A stretch of DNA of 44,857 nt, from positions 1 through 44,857 of the forward strand of contig JAFULU010000002.1 of the NCBI GenBank assembly GCA_017483125.1, in the 5' to 3' direction. The position numbers were made by a program, and so were the translations under genes. The notes under the pieces were generated by a model. That model searched no databases and was not told the origin of the DNA. It saw nothing but the letters and a program-made list of their open reading frames with translations. The DNA is from Clostridia bacterium (GTDB lineage Bacteria > Bacillota > Clostridia > Oscillospirales > CAG-272). Shown here in pieces: positions 1-7,791 of the stretch. Numbering within the stretch: position 1 is the stretch's first letter; each line of letters begins with the position of its first letter.

Positions 1-1
1 G

Positions 2-49
2 GCGCCCACGGAAGCGCCTACCGAAGCCCCCACCGAGGCACCTACGGAC
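2..49 (+). repeat. In-frame 12-nt tandem repeat encoding APTE x4
   Basis: gcgcccacggaa/gcgcctaccgaa/gcccccaccgag/gcacctacggac read directly from the sequence. Confidence 0.8.
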
Positions 50-682
50 GAGCCCGCCGAGACGGATCCCCCCTCTGACGAGCTCACCAAGAAGTACCGC
101 GAGGACTGGGACGATGACGATCCCAACAACCCCTTCTACAACCTGATCCCCGTGGGCACCGGCTACGACGGTAAGACCACCGCCTACGACGGCCGCTACG
201 ACTTCGGCTACGCCATCTGCCAGACCAACGACGGTGAGTACTTCTACTCGGTGCAGGAGGCTGTTTACCACTTGGAGGACATCGGCGGCGGCTCCATCCA
301 TATGCGTGAGCACACCGACATCTGCCTGGCCCTCTGGATCCCCGAGGATTTCTGCGATTACCGTCTCTACTATGAGTTCAAGAACGTGGACTTTATCTTC
401 AATTACGGTAACGTCTACGATGACAACACCCCCAACGGCGAGGGCATCCACGGCTACGCCTACTACGCCGACCTCTACATTCTGGACTCCATCAACGGTC
501 TGGGTGACACCTTCATCTGGATGATCGGCGGCAACGAAGGCTTCGACGAGCCCGGTCGCTACCTCATGATCGACGAGTACAACGAGGATCCCGATTACCT
601 CTACCTGTACCAGTACGTTCTGGAGAGCAACCTGGAGGCATGGCCCGGCCTGCCCGTGGGTGAGTATCTCCCCGAGGAATAA
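2..682 (+). CDS. C-terminal part of a secreted/surface protein (5' end outside window): APTE-repeat linker, then an acidic Tyr/Asp-rich domain of unknown function
   Basis: Frame 2 is open from the window edge (APTEAPTEAPTEAPTDEPAETDPPSDE...) and runs into listed ORF 152..682. Stop at 680-682 is followed by a hairpin plus T-run. The linker resembles those of the lipoproteins at 7792..10467 and 38062..42687. Confidence 0.6.
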   Translation, partial: APTEAPTEAPTEAPTDEPAETDPPSDELTKKYREDWDDDDPNNPFYNLIPVGTGYDGKTTAYDGRYDFGYAICQTNDGEYFYSVQEAVYHLEDIGGGSIHMREHTDICLALWIPEDFCDYRLYYEFKNVDFIFNYGNVYDDNTPNGEGIHGYAYYADLYILDSINGLGDTFIWMIGGNEGFDEPGRYLMIDEYNEDPDYLYLYQYVLESNLEAWPGLPVGEYLPEE

Positions 683-699
683 TTCCATATTATGCCAAA

Positions 700-730
700 G
701 GGCTGTCTCTTGGGAGACGGCCCTTTTCTC
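700..730 (+). terminator. Rho-independent terminator of the upstream surface-protein gene
   Basis: gggctgtctc-ttgg-gagacggccc stem-loop followed by ttttctc. Confidence 0.7.
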
Positions 731-743
731 AACCTTTGGTTGC

Positions 744-772
744 TTGACGGAGGGGGGAAAATGAGATATAAT
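744..772 (+). promoter_or_regulatory. Sigma-A type promoter (TTGACG-17 nt-TATAAT) reading toward rtcB
   Basis: TTGACG at 744-749, 17-nt spacer, TATAAT at 767-772. Confidence 0.55.
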
Positions 773-855
773 TAAGTTGTAATGATAAATAAATTGGGGT
801 TTATCGGGCTGTTGGGTTTCCTCGTCATAGGGCGGGGGCTTGCTCTCGCCGAAAA

Positions 856-997
856 GCCCTCTCACCCGCTTCGCGGGAGCTCTCCCAGAGGGAGAGCCTT
901 TTGTACTGAGCCCAGTAAAAACCCGTTTTCCGCCAAGCGTTTTTTCGCCGTTCTAAGGCTCCCCCTTTGGGGGAGCTCCGCGCAGCGGTGAGAGGGC
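856..997. repeat. Compound palindromic intergenic repeat (REP/MITE-like): unit A 856-898 and inverted unit B 957-997, separated by a 58-nt spacer
   Basis: Unit A has two hairpins (cccgc-ttc-gcggg; gctctccc-aga-gggagagc). Unit B is its inverted copy with compensatory stem changes. Unit A matches the reverse complement of 37902-37944 at 42/43 positions. Confidence 0.85.
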
Positions 998-1153
998 AAA
1001 TAGCGCGGGCAAGGCACAAACAAACAGTTCGATAAACCCAAATTTAAAATTCAAAACCGAAAGGAGTGACGGTCATGTCTGCCACTTGTACCATCTTCAA
1101 CAATATCACCAACAAGAACAATCACCCCAACAGATGCACAGCAAGGAGGCTGT

Positions 1154-2407
1154 ATGATCGAGATCCAAACCAAAAAGAACACCGTCAAGGTCTTTACCGA
1201 CACCCTTGACAAGCCCACCAAGCAGCAGATCGCCGCGACAGCCCGCGATCCCGCCTACGCCGACGCAAAGATCCGCGTCATGCCCGACACCCACGCGGGC
1301 CGAGGATGCGTCATCGGCATGACCATGACCCTATCGGGCCGTGTCTCCCCCTCTCTGGTGGGGGTGGACATCGGATGCGGTATGGAGGCGGTGAAGCTCA
1401 CCAATAAAGAAGTTGACCTCCCCCGTCTGGACGCCTATATCCACGAGCAGATCCCCGCGGGAAAGGCCCGCTTTGACCGTCCCCAAGCCACCGAAATCCC
1501 CCTCCACACCCTCAAATGCGCTCACGTGGTGTACATGGACCGTACCCTCGCCAGCCTTGGCACCCTGGGAGGAGGGAACCACTTCATCGAGCTGGACAGA
1601 GCCGCCGACGGAAGTCTTTGGCTCATCATCCATTCGGGCTCCCGCTCCCTCGGCGCGGCCGTAGCCAACCATTACCGTGACGAGGCCTACAAGTACCACC
1701 TCAAAAAGGCCCGCAAAGCCCGCCGCGTGGATACACGAGACAGCCTGGACAGAGAGACCGACCGCTATGATCTCTCCCGCTTCGGACTGGACGCATACGG
1801 CGACCATCCCCACGATAGCAGAACCGCCACCAAAGCCACCCGTCGGGATGCCCGTGACAAGCTCCCTGTCAAGTGGGAGACCGCCACCTGCGAGGGAAGC
1901 CTCTACGAGGATTATCTCCACGATCTGGCCCTGACCGTTGCCTTCGCCGAAGAGAACCGCAGACGGATCGCCGAGTCCATTTGCAGAGGAATTGGACTCA
2001 CCGTGGCGGATCGCTTTTCCTGTATTCACAACTACATTGACGAGAACCGCATCCTCCGCAAGGGAGCCATCTCCGCCCGCCGCGGGGAGCGGGTGCTGAT
2101 TCCTCTGAATATGCGGGACGGTGCGCTCATCGGTGTAGGGCTGGGCAACCCCGACTGGAACTTCTCGGCTCCTCATGGGGCAGGGAGAGCCTGCAGCCGA
2201 TCCGACGCCAAGCACGCCTACGATCTGGAAGCCTATCAAGACGTCATGCGGGAGGCGGGGATCTACACCACCACCGCTACCAAGGAGACCCTGGACGAGT
2301 GCCCCATGGCCTACAAGTCCCCCGACCGTATTCTGCCCTATCTCTCGGAATGCGTGGAGATCACCGACAGACTCACACCCATCTACAACTTCAAGGCGGC
2401 GGATTGA
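1154..2407 (+). CDS. rtcB: RNA 3'-phosphate ligase RtcB
   Basis: Motifs MPDTHAGRGCVIG, GVDIGCGM, GGGNHFIELD, HSGSRSLG, PHGAGR. SD aaggagg lies 5 nt upstream of the ATG. Confidence 0.92.
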   Translation: MIEIQTKKNTVKVFTDTLDKPTKQQIAATARDPAYADAKIRVMPDTHAGRGCVIGMTMTLSGRVSPSLVGVDIGCGMEAVKLTNKEVDLPRLDAYIHEQIPAGKARFDRPQATEIPLHTLKCAHVVYMDRTLASLGTLGGGNHFIELDRAADGSLWLIIHSGSRSLGAAVANHYRDEAYKYHLKKARKARRVDTRDSLDRETDRYDLSRFGLDAYGDHPHDSRTATKATRRDARDKLPVKWETATCEGSLYEDYLHDLALTVAFAEENRRRIAESICRGIGLTVADRFSCIHNYIDENRILRKGAISARRGERVLIPLNMRDGALIGVGLGNPDWNFSAPHGAGRACSRSDAKHAYDLEAYQDVMREAGIYTTTATKETLDECPMAYKSPDRILPYLSECVEITDRLTPIYNFKAAD

Positions 2408-2431
2408 TTGCCGATTCCTTCTAAAAAGAAA

Positions 2432-2456
2432 GCCCACCGAGTATTTTCGGTGGGCG
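2432..2456. terminator. Bidirectional terminator between convergent rtcB and degV
   Basis: gcccaccga-gtatttt-tcggtgggc, flanked by an A-run (5') and a T-run (3'). Confidence 0.75.
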
Positions 2457-2488
2457 TTTCTATTGAAATCAATTGGAGTAGCAGGGAA

Positions 2489-3355
2489 TCATCTCTGCTT
2501 GGCCACGAAGAACAGAGCCATGGTGCCGGGGCCCGAGTGCGCGCCGATGACGGTGCCCACGTGGGTGATGACCTGAACCTTGTTGCAGCCGCGGGCGGCC
2601 AGCATATCGCAGAGGATCTGAGCGTCGGCGTCGCAGTCACCGTGAGAGATGAAGAAGGTGCCGTTTACGGGATCCTCGGCGGTGTCCTTCAGCTTGTCGG
2701 CCATAGCTGCAAGAGAAGCCTTGCGGCCGCGGACGGTGCCGACCTTGATGAGGTGACCCTCGTCGTCCACGTGCATGACGGGCTTGATCTGGAGCATACC
2801 GCCCACCAGAGCCACAGCGGGGGATACACGGCCGCCTCTCTTGAGGTAGACCAGATCCTCAACCGTGAACCAGTGCGCCAGCTTGGGGATCAGCTCGTTG
2901 ACGTAGGCGGCAGTCTCCTCAAAGGTTGCGCCCTCGTTCTTCTTGTCCAGAGCCAGCTTGACGATCAGACCCTCGCCCGCGGAGGCGCAGAGGGTATCAA
3001 TGGCCAGGATCTTGCGGTCGGGATAGGCCTCGGCCAGATCCTCGGTGGCCAGCTTACCCTGCTGGAAGGTGGTGGACAGACCAGAGGAGAAACCAAGGTA
3101 CAGAACGTCCTTGCCCTCCTTCAGGGTGGGCTCAAAGGCCTCGCGGAAGGTCTCGGCGTTGACGGCGTTGGTCTTGGCGATGTGGCCGTCACGCATATTC
3201 TGGTAGAACTCATTGATGGGCATTTCCTCGTTCTTGAAGTCACGATCAATGTGGTCGAAGCGGAATTCCAGGCTCACGCACTTCACTCCCCACTCGGCAA
3301 GAACCTCGGGGTAAATATCGCAGGCGGAGTCGGTAAAAATCACAAAATCGTTCAT
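2489..3355 (-). CDS. DegV family fatty-acid-binding protein
   Basis: N-terminus MNDFVIFTDSACDI is typical of DegV. Start moved to the ATG at 3355, preceded by aaaggagaa; the listed ORF extends to 3409. Confidence 0.85.
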   Translation of the reverse strand: MNDFVIFTDSACDIYPEVLAEWGVKCVSLEFRFDHIDRDFKNEEMPINEFYQNMRDGHIAKTNAVNAETFREAFEPTLKEGKDVLYLGFSSGLSTTFQQGKLATEDLAEAYPDRKILAIDTLCASAGEGLIVKLALDKKNEGATFEETAAYVNELIPKLAHWFTVEDLVYLKRGGRVSPAVALVGGMLQIKPVMHVDDEGHLIKVGTVRGRKASLAAMADKLKDTAEDPVNGTFFISHGDCDADAQILCDMLAARGCNKVQVITHVGTVIGAHSGPGTMALFFVAKQR

Positions 3356-3426
3356 GGGTGTTTCTCCTTTCGCGGTGAGTGAACTGAATCTCACCGAGCT
3401 GGTTGTCATGATTACTCACAGGGACT

Positions 3427-3455
3427 ATTATACACCAAAATTGTGTATCAGTCAA
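3427..3455 (-). promoter_or_regulatory. Sigma-A promoter for degV (TTGACT-17-TATAAT on minus strand)
   Basis: Plus-strand AGTCAA at 3450-3455 and ATTATA at 3427-3432, 17-nt spacer. Confidence 0.55.
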
Positions 3456-3604
3456 GAAATTTCCTTGAATTCGTATTATACTGTCAGTAGAATCCCCTGA
3501 ATTTTCGGGGTTTTGGACGGTCTACCAGCAGTAGAGAGGACGGATTTGGGGGTTATGCCCACGAAACCCTTTTCGGAATTCTCTATGTCGTATAAAGAAA
3601 ATAC

Positions 3605-3633
3605 TTGACAAACACGCAAAAATATGCTATACT
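3605..3633 (+). promoter_or_regulatory. Sigma-A promoter (TTGACA-17-TATACT) for the XRE gene
   Basis: TTGACA 3605-3610, TATACT 3628-3633. Confidence 0.6.
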
Positions 3634-3700
3634 GTGGGTAGAAATTGACGAATCAACAATAGACCCCTATGTAAACCGCCTTGAAAGGAGGCAGACCTTG

Positions 3701-4393
3701 ATGCAAGTCAATCCCCCCGCCGAGACAGCTCCCGTAACCCAGGAAATCCTCCGCCCCGTCATCGCCGCGAACATCTCCGAGCTTCGCAGAAGCCGTAGCA
3801 TGACCCAGCAGGATCTGGCCGCCAGACTGAACTATACCGATAAAGCCATATCCAAGTGGGAGAGAGGCGAGTCGGTTCCCGATATCGTGGTGCTCAAGCA
3901 GATCGCCGATATGTTCGGCGTGACCGTTGATTATCTCCTCTGCGAGACCCACGAGGAAACCGCGCTTCCCGAAGAGAAGCCCGACGAGCAAGCGGCGGCC
4001 GCCGAAGAGAGCGCCAGGCGTCAGCAGAGTGTGCGCACCCGCGGCTTCGTTACGGGGATGAGCGTGCTCTTGGTCTGGATGACCGCTACGGTGCTCTTCA
4101 TCATCTTCGACACCGCCAAGATCGACGCAAGATCCCATTGGATCGTCTTTGCCTGCGCCGTCCCCGCCTCCTTCATTGTCTGGCTCGTCATGAACTCCAT
4201 CTGGTTCAACCGCCGCCGCAATTACCTCATTATATCCCTGCTCATGTGGTCGGTGCTCATTCTTGCCTACATCACCATCTACATCTTCAGTCAGCGGTTC
4301 CTCTGGCTTCTGTTCCTCCTGGGCATTCCCGGACAGGCCATCATCATCATGTGGTCCCGACTCAAGCAGAGCGGCGATCACTACAAAAAGTAA
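3701..4393 (+). CDS. Membrane-tethered XRE-family HTH regulator (N-terminal HTH, acidic linker, about 4 TM helices)
   Basis: HTH MTQQDLAARLNYTDKAISKWERGESVPD. Hydrophobic C-terminal half. ATG at 3701 is preceded by gaaaggagg. The listed start at 3605 coincides with the -35 box. Confidence 0.85.
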   Translation: MQVNPPAETAPVTQEILRPVIAANISELRRSRSMTQQDLAARLNYTDKAISKWERGESVPDIVVLKQIADMFGVTVDYLLCETHEETALPEEKPDEQAAAAEESARRQQSVRTRGFVTGMSVLLVWMTATVLFIIFDTAKIDARSHWIVFACAVPASFIVWLVMNSIWFNRRRNYLIISLLMWSVLILAYITIYIFSQRFLWLLFLLGIPGQAIIIMWSRLKQSGDHYKK

Positions 4394-4401
4394 ACAAAAA
4401 A

Positions 4402-4422
4402 GCCACCGAAAAGCTCGGTGGC
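4402..4422. terminator. Bidirectional terminator between the convergent genes
   Basis: gccaccga-aaagc-tcggtggc with an A-run upstream and a T-run downstream. Confidence 0.75.
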
Positions 4423-4440
4423 AATTTTGTTTGGGAAGAA

Positions 4441-4701
4441 TTACTCCTCGACAGCCTCAACGACCTCTTCGACGACCTCTTCAACAGCCTCGGCGATCTC
4501 CTCGCAGGCCTCACAGGTCTCGTCAGCGATCTCCTCGCAAGCCTCGGCCTCGCAGACCTTCTTCTTGCAAAGCTTGTCCTTGAGCACCTTGGTGAACAGG
4601 AAGTAACCACCGACAGCGGCGGCAGCCACACCGACCACGATACCGATGATGATCCAGAGGGTGTTGTTATTCTTCTTCTTTTTCTTGTGGAAGCAGAACA
4701 T
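4441..4701 (-). CDS. Small (86 aa) single-pass membrane protein with a Lys-rich N-terminus and a Cys/Glu-rich acidic tail; unknown function
   Basis: MFCFHKKKKKNNN-TM(LWIIIGIVVGVAAAAVGGYFLF)-...CKKKVCEAEACEEIADETCEACEEIAEAVEEVVEEVVEAVEE. ATG at 4701 is preceded by ggagga. The rest of listed ORF 4441..4959 has no support. Confidence 0.6.
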   Translation of the reverse strand: MFCFHKKKKKNNNTLWIIIGIVVGVAAAAVGGYFLFTKVLKDKLCKKKVCEAEACEEIADETCEACEEIAEAVEEVVEEVVEAVEE

Positions 4702-4856
4702 GGTGAATATCCTCCTTTTTTTGATAGGGAAGCGAGTGCTTTCCCATATACTTGACAGTATTATAGCCGAAAATCGTGAACTCCGTATGAATATTTCGCG
4801 TTTTTGAAAAGATTTTTTCCAATCAGACTCGCGGCAGAAGATTATGATTCCACAGA

Positions 4857-4885
4857 TTGACAAAACAAGTATTGTATGGTATAAT
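4857..4885 (+). promoter_or_regulatory. Consensus extended -10 sigma-A promoter (TTGACA-17-TGgTATAAT)
   Basis: TTGACA 4857-4862, TG 4877-4878, TATAAT 4880-4885. Confidence 0.65.
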
Positions 4886-4909
4886 ATAGCAAACCGAAAG
4901 GAGGCTGAA

Positions 4910-5587
4910 ATGGACGAACAGATTCTATACAAAGACCGTGATCTCCTCCTTGTACGCAAGCCCGCCGGAGTACCCTCCCAGCCCGATCCATCTGGTCAGA
5001 CCGATCTTCTCTCGGAGTTGCAGAGGGACTACCCCACCGCAAGCCTCATCCACCGTCTGGACACCCCCACAGGGGGGGTTATGGTCTTCGGTCTTACTCC
5101 AAAGGCCACCGCCAAGCTCTGCGCCTTGGTGCAGGATCATAGCCAATTCAAAAAAGAGTATCTGGCGGTCCTCTCGTCTCCCCCAACCGAGGTCGAGGGA
5201 CGGCTGACCGACTTCCTCTTCCACGATAAGCAGAAGAACAAGGCCTTCGTAACCGACGGAGGGCGCAAGGGAAGCAAGGAGGCGGTGCTGGACTACAAGG
5301 TTCTCTCCACCCTCCCCGACGGGCATACGTTGGTGCTTGTCCGACTTCATACGGGCAGGACCCACCAGATCCGTGTACAGTTCGCTTCCCGCGGTCTTCC
5401 CCTCGTAGGGGACGGGAAGTACGGTAGCCGCGAGAAAGCCCCCTACATCGGTCTGTGGGCCTTCAGGCTGACCTTTGCCCATCCCATTACGGGCAAGGAA
5501 CTGACCGCCACCGCGTTACCCGATACCGAAATTTTCCCGTGGAGTCTTTTCCGCGGTGAGATCACCGGTGAGATCACCAACGAATAA
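4910..5587 (+). CDS. RluA-family pseudouridine synthase (no S4 domain)
   Basis: HRLDTPTGGVMVFG catalytic-Asp motif and HTGRTHQIRVQFAS. ATG at 4910 follows gaaaggagg. Confidence 0.85.
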   Translation: MDEQILYKDRDLLLVRKPAGVPSQPDPSGQTDLLSELQRDYPTASLIHRLDTPTGGVMVFGLTPKATAKLCALVQDHSQFKKEYLAVLSSPPTEVEGRLTDFLFHDKQKNKAFVTDGGRKGSKEAVLDYKVLSTLPDGHTLVLVRLHTGRTHQIRVQFASRGLPLVGDGKYGSREKAPYIGLWAFRLTFAHPITGKELTATALPDTEIFPWSLFRGEITGEITNE

Positions 5588-5610
5588 CCATCCGAAAGGA
5601 GTATACAACC

Positions 5611-6948
5611 ATGCCATTCCCGAAAAACTTCCTCTGGGGTACCGCCACAAGTGCGGGTCAGATCGAGGGCGGAGCCTTTGAGGACGGGCGCACCGCCTCC
5701 ATCTGGGATACCTTTGCCGCCAAGCCCGGAAAGACCCATAACGGTGACCTTCCCACCGTCGCCTGTGACAGCTACCATAAGTTTGACCGCGACCTCGCCT
5801 CCCTGAAGGCTCTGGGGGTCAATTCCTACCGATTCTCCATCTCCTGGTCCCGAGTCCTGCCGAACGGCGTGGGTCAGCTCAACGACAAGGGCATGGACTA
5901 CTACAAGCGGGTCATCGACGCCCTCAACGAGAACGGCATCACCCCCAACGTTACCCTTTACCATTGGGATCTCCCCCAGGTGCTGGAGGACCGCGGCGGC
6001 TGGGTCAACCGCGACTCCATTGAGTGGTTCGGGGAGTATGCCCACAAGATGTTCAACGCCTTCGGTGACACGGTGCCCATGTGGTCCACGGTCAACGAGC
6101 CCATCGCCACCTACGTCGGCTATGCCCACGGCGGCTTCGCCCCGGGCTACTATAACGAGTCCTGGGGCAACCAGGCCCGCCACAACATCCTGGTGGCTCA
6201 CGGCAAGGGCGTGGAGGCATTCCGCGCCGTCAACCCCAAGGATTCCAAAATCGGCGTGGTCATCGACATCTGGAAGCGTCACGCCCTCACGGATTCTCCC
6301 GAGGATATCGCCCTCATGATGGATCAGGACGAGCGCAACTGGAAGTTCTACACCGACCCCATCCTGGCGGGCCGCTACAGCGACTACATCCTGGAGCACC
6401 TGGAGAAGGAAGGAACCCTCATGAAGATGGAGCCTCACGACTTTGAGCTGACGGGCCAGCCTCTGGACTTCTTCGGCCTCAACGTCTACAACCGTGTGCC
6501 CGTTACCGTCAATGAGAAGGCCCAGATGGACTTCTCCCAGGGCGGTAACTTCCTCAACAACCGTACCGAGTACTACCCCAAGGCGGTCTACGACGCCATC
6601 CACCTCCTCCACGATCTCTATGACGTCAAGTGCCCCATCTACGTCACCGAGAACGGCACCTACTTCGAGGGCACCGAGCCCGTAGGCCCCGACGGTATCG
6701 TGGCGGACAACGACCGTATCCGCTACGTGGCGGGCTTCCTGGAGTGGCTGGAGAAGGCCATCGACGAGGGCTTTGACGTCCGCGGCTACTACCTCTGGAG
6801 CCTTATGGACAACTTCGAGTGGTCCGCCGCCTACAACTTCAAGTTCGGGATCGCACAGACCGACTTCGCCACGGGGGAGACCAAGTGGAAGAAGTCCGCC
6901 TACTTCTACCGCGACTTTATCAAGAAAGCCCGCGAAAATTCCAAGTAA
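5611..6948 (+). CDS. GH1 beta-glucosidase / 6-phospho-beta-glucosidase
   Basis: FLWGTATSAGQIEGG, acid/base TVNEP, nucleophile YVTENG; no signal peptide. Confidence 0.92.
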   Translation: MPFPKNFLWGTATSAGQIEGGAFEDGRTASIWDTFAAKPGKTHNGDLPTVACDSYHKFDRDLASLKALGVNSYRFSISWSRVLPNGVGQLNDKGMDYYKRVIDALNENGITPNVTLYHWDLPQVLEDRGGWVNRDSIEWFGEYAHKMFNAFGDTVPMWSTVNEPIATYVGYAHGGFAPGYYNESWGNQARHNILVAHGKGVEAFRAVNPKDSKIGVVIDIWKRHALTDSPEDIALMMDQDERNWKFYTDPILAGRYSDYILEHLEKEGTLMKMEPHDFELTGQPLDFFGLNVYNRVPVTVNEKAQMDFSQGGNFLNNRTEYYPKAVYDAIHLLHDLYDVKCPIYVTENGTYFEGTEPVGPDGIVADNDRIRYVAGFLEWLEKAIDEGFDVRGYYLWSLMDNFEWSAAYNFKFGIAQTDFATGETKWKKSAYFYRDFIKKARENSK

Positions 6949-6960
6949 GAGGAAATCACC

Positions 6961-7659
6961 ATGCCCACCTTTACCCTTGCCAGCTTCAATATCTGCTCCG
7001 CTCACTTCCGCGAGGGGCACTACACCGAGGATAACCTCGCCCGTCTGGCCGCCCAGATCAACCAAAGCACAGCCGACGTGGTCTGCCTCCAGGAGGTGGA
7101 CCGAGGAGCCGCCCGCTCGGATCGGGTGGATATGCCCGCCTATCTCGCCGAGCACACCGAGCTGAAGCACCACTACTTCATCAAGATCCGCGATTTCCAA
7201 GGGGGAGAATACGGCACCGCCATCCTCTCCCGCTACCCCATCACCGAGGCCAAGACCATCAATTACCCCGTACAGATCGCCACCCAAGGCACCTCCTGCG
7301 GCTACGCCGTTCTGGACGTGGAGGGAACTCCCGTGACGGTATTCAACACCCATCTGTCGGTGGAGAACGAGGAATCCAACACCGAGACTCTGTGCTGTCT
7401 GGGAGATATTCTCGCCACCCTGCGCCGTGAGGGCAAGTCCTTCCTCTGTTGCGGTGACTTCAACACAAGTCCCAAGAAGGTTGCCCGCTTCATTCCCTGG
7501 GTCAGCCTCGCGCACAACGGTCTGACCACCTACGCCGACCGCTCCATTGACCATATCCTCTACTTTGGGCAGATCACGGTGGCCAATACCCGTACCCTGA
7601 ACACCCAGAAGGACAAGGTCACAGACCACAACATGGTGCTGACCGAGGTCACGGTCTGA
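6961..7659 (+). CDS. Endonuclease/exonuclease/phosphatase (EEP) family protein
   Basis: VVCLQEVD, NTHLS, GDFNTSP, TDHNMV motifs; starts 12 nt after the GH1 stop. Confidence 0.8.
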   Translation: MPTFTLASFNICSAHFREGHYTEDNLARLAAQINQSTADVVCLQEVDRGAARSDRVDMPAYLAEHTELKHHYFIKIRDFQGGEYGTAILSRYPITEAKTINYPVQIATQGTSCGYAVLDVEGTPVTVFNTHLSVENEESNTETLCCLGDILATLRREGKSFLCCGDFNTSPKKVARFIPWVSLAHNGLTTYADRSIDHILYFGQITVANTRTLNTQKDKVTDHNMVLTEVTV

Positions 7660-7682
7660 CCGCGTTCCCCAAACACAAAAAG

Positions 7683-7720
7683 CCCCCGATTTCCGCGTTT
7701 TGCGGCAGTCGGGGACTTTT
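7683..7720 (+). terminator. Terminator of the rluA-GH1-EEP operon
   Basis: ccccga...tcgggg outer stem, ccgc-gtttt-gcgg inner stem, then ctttt. Confidence 0.6.
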
Positions 7721-7749
7721 CGTTTCCATTGGCTTCTGTAGCTCTCCGC

Positions 7750-7783
7750 AAAAAACCACCCCTCACCAAATGGCTTGGGGTGG
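7750..7783 (-). terminator. Terminator of the lipoprotein gene at 7792..10467
   Basis: ccacccc...ggggtgg stem; the minus strand reads hairpin followed by tttttt. Confidence 0.65.
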
Positions 7784-7791
7784 TCGATTCT

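Noticed and set aside
782-1019. ORFs 782..991(+), 825..1019(-) and 37820..38014(-), considered as small protein genes
   Set aside because: They are translations of the palindromic repeat element (the same 43-nt unit read in different frames and strands). They have no SD and overlap each other.
5443-7629. Other very long antisense ORFs: 5443..7629(-), 7729..10410(+), 32885..35053(-), 43766..44833(-), 1331..2437(-), 2408..3382(+), 10654..12165(+), 15471..17015(+)
   Set aside because: This is the same shadow-ORF effect. The ones I checked are codon-aligned with the motif-supported gene on the other strand: 7630-5611 and 7630-6961 are multiples of 3, as is 7792-7729=63. They have repetitive G/V/D/L/H-rich composition, lack ribosome-binding sites and contain no recognisable motifs.
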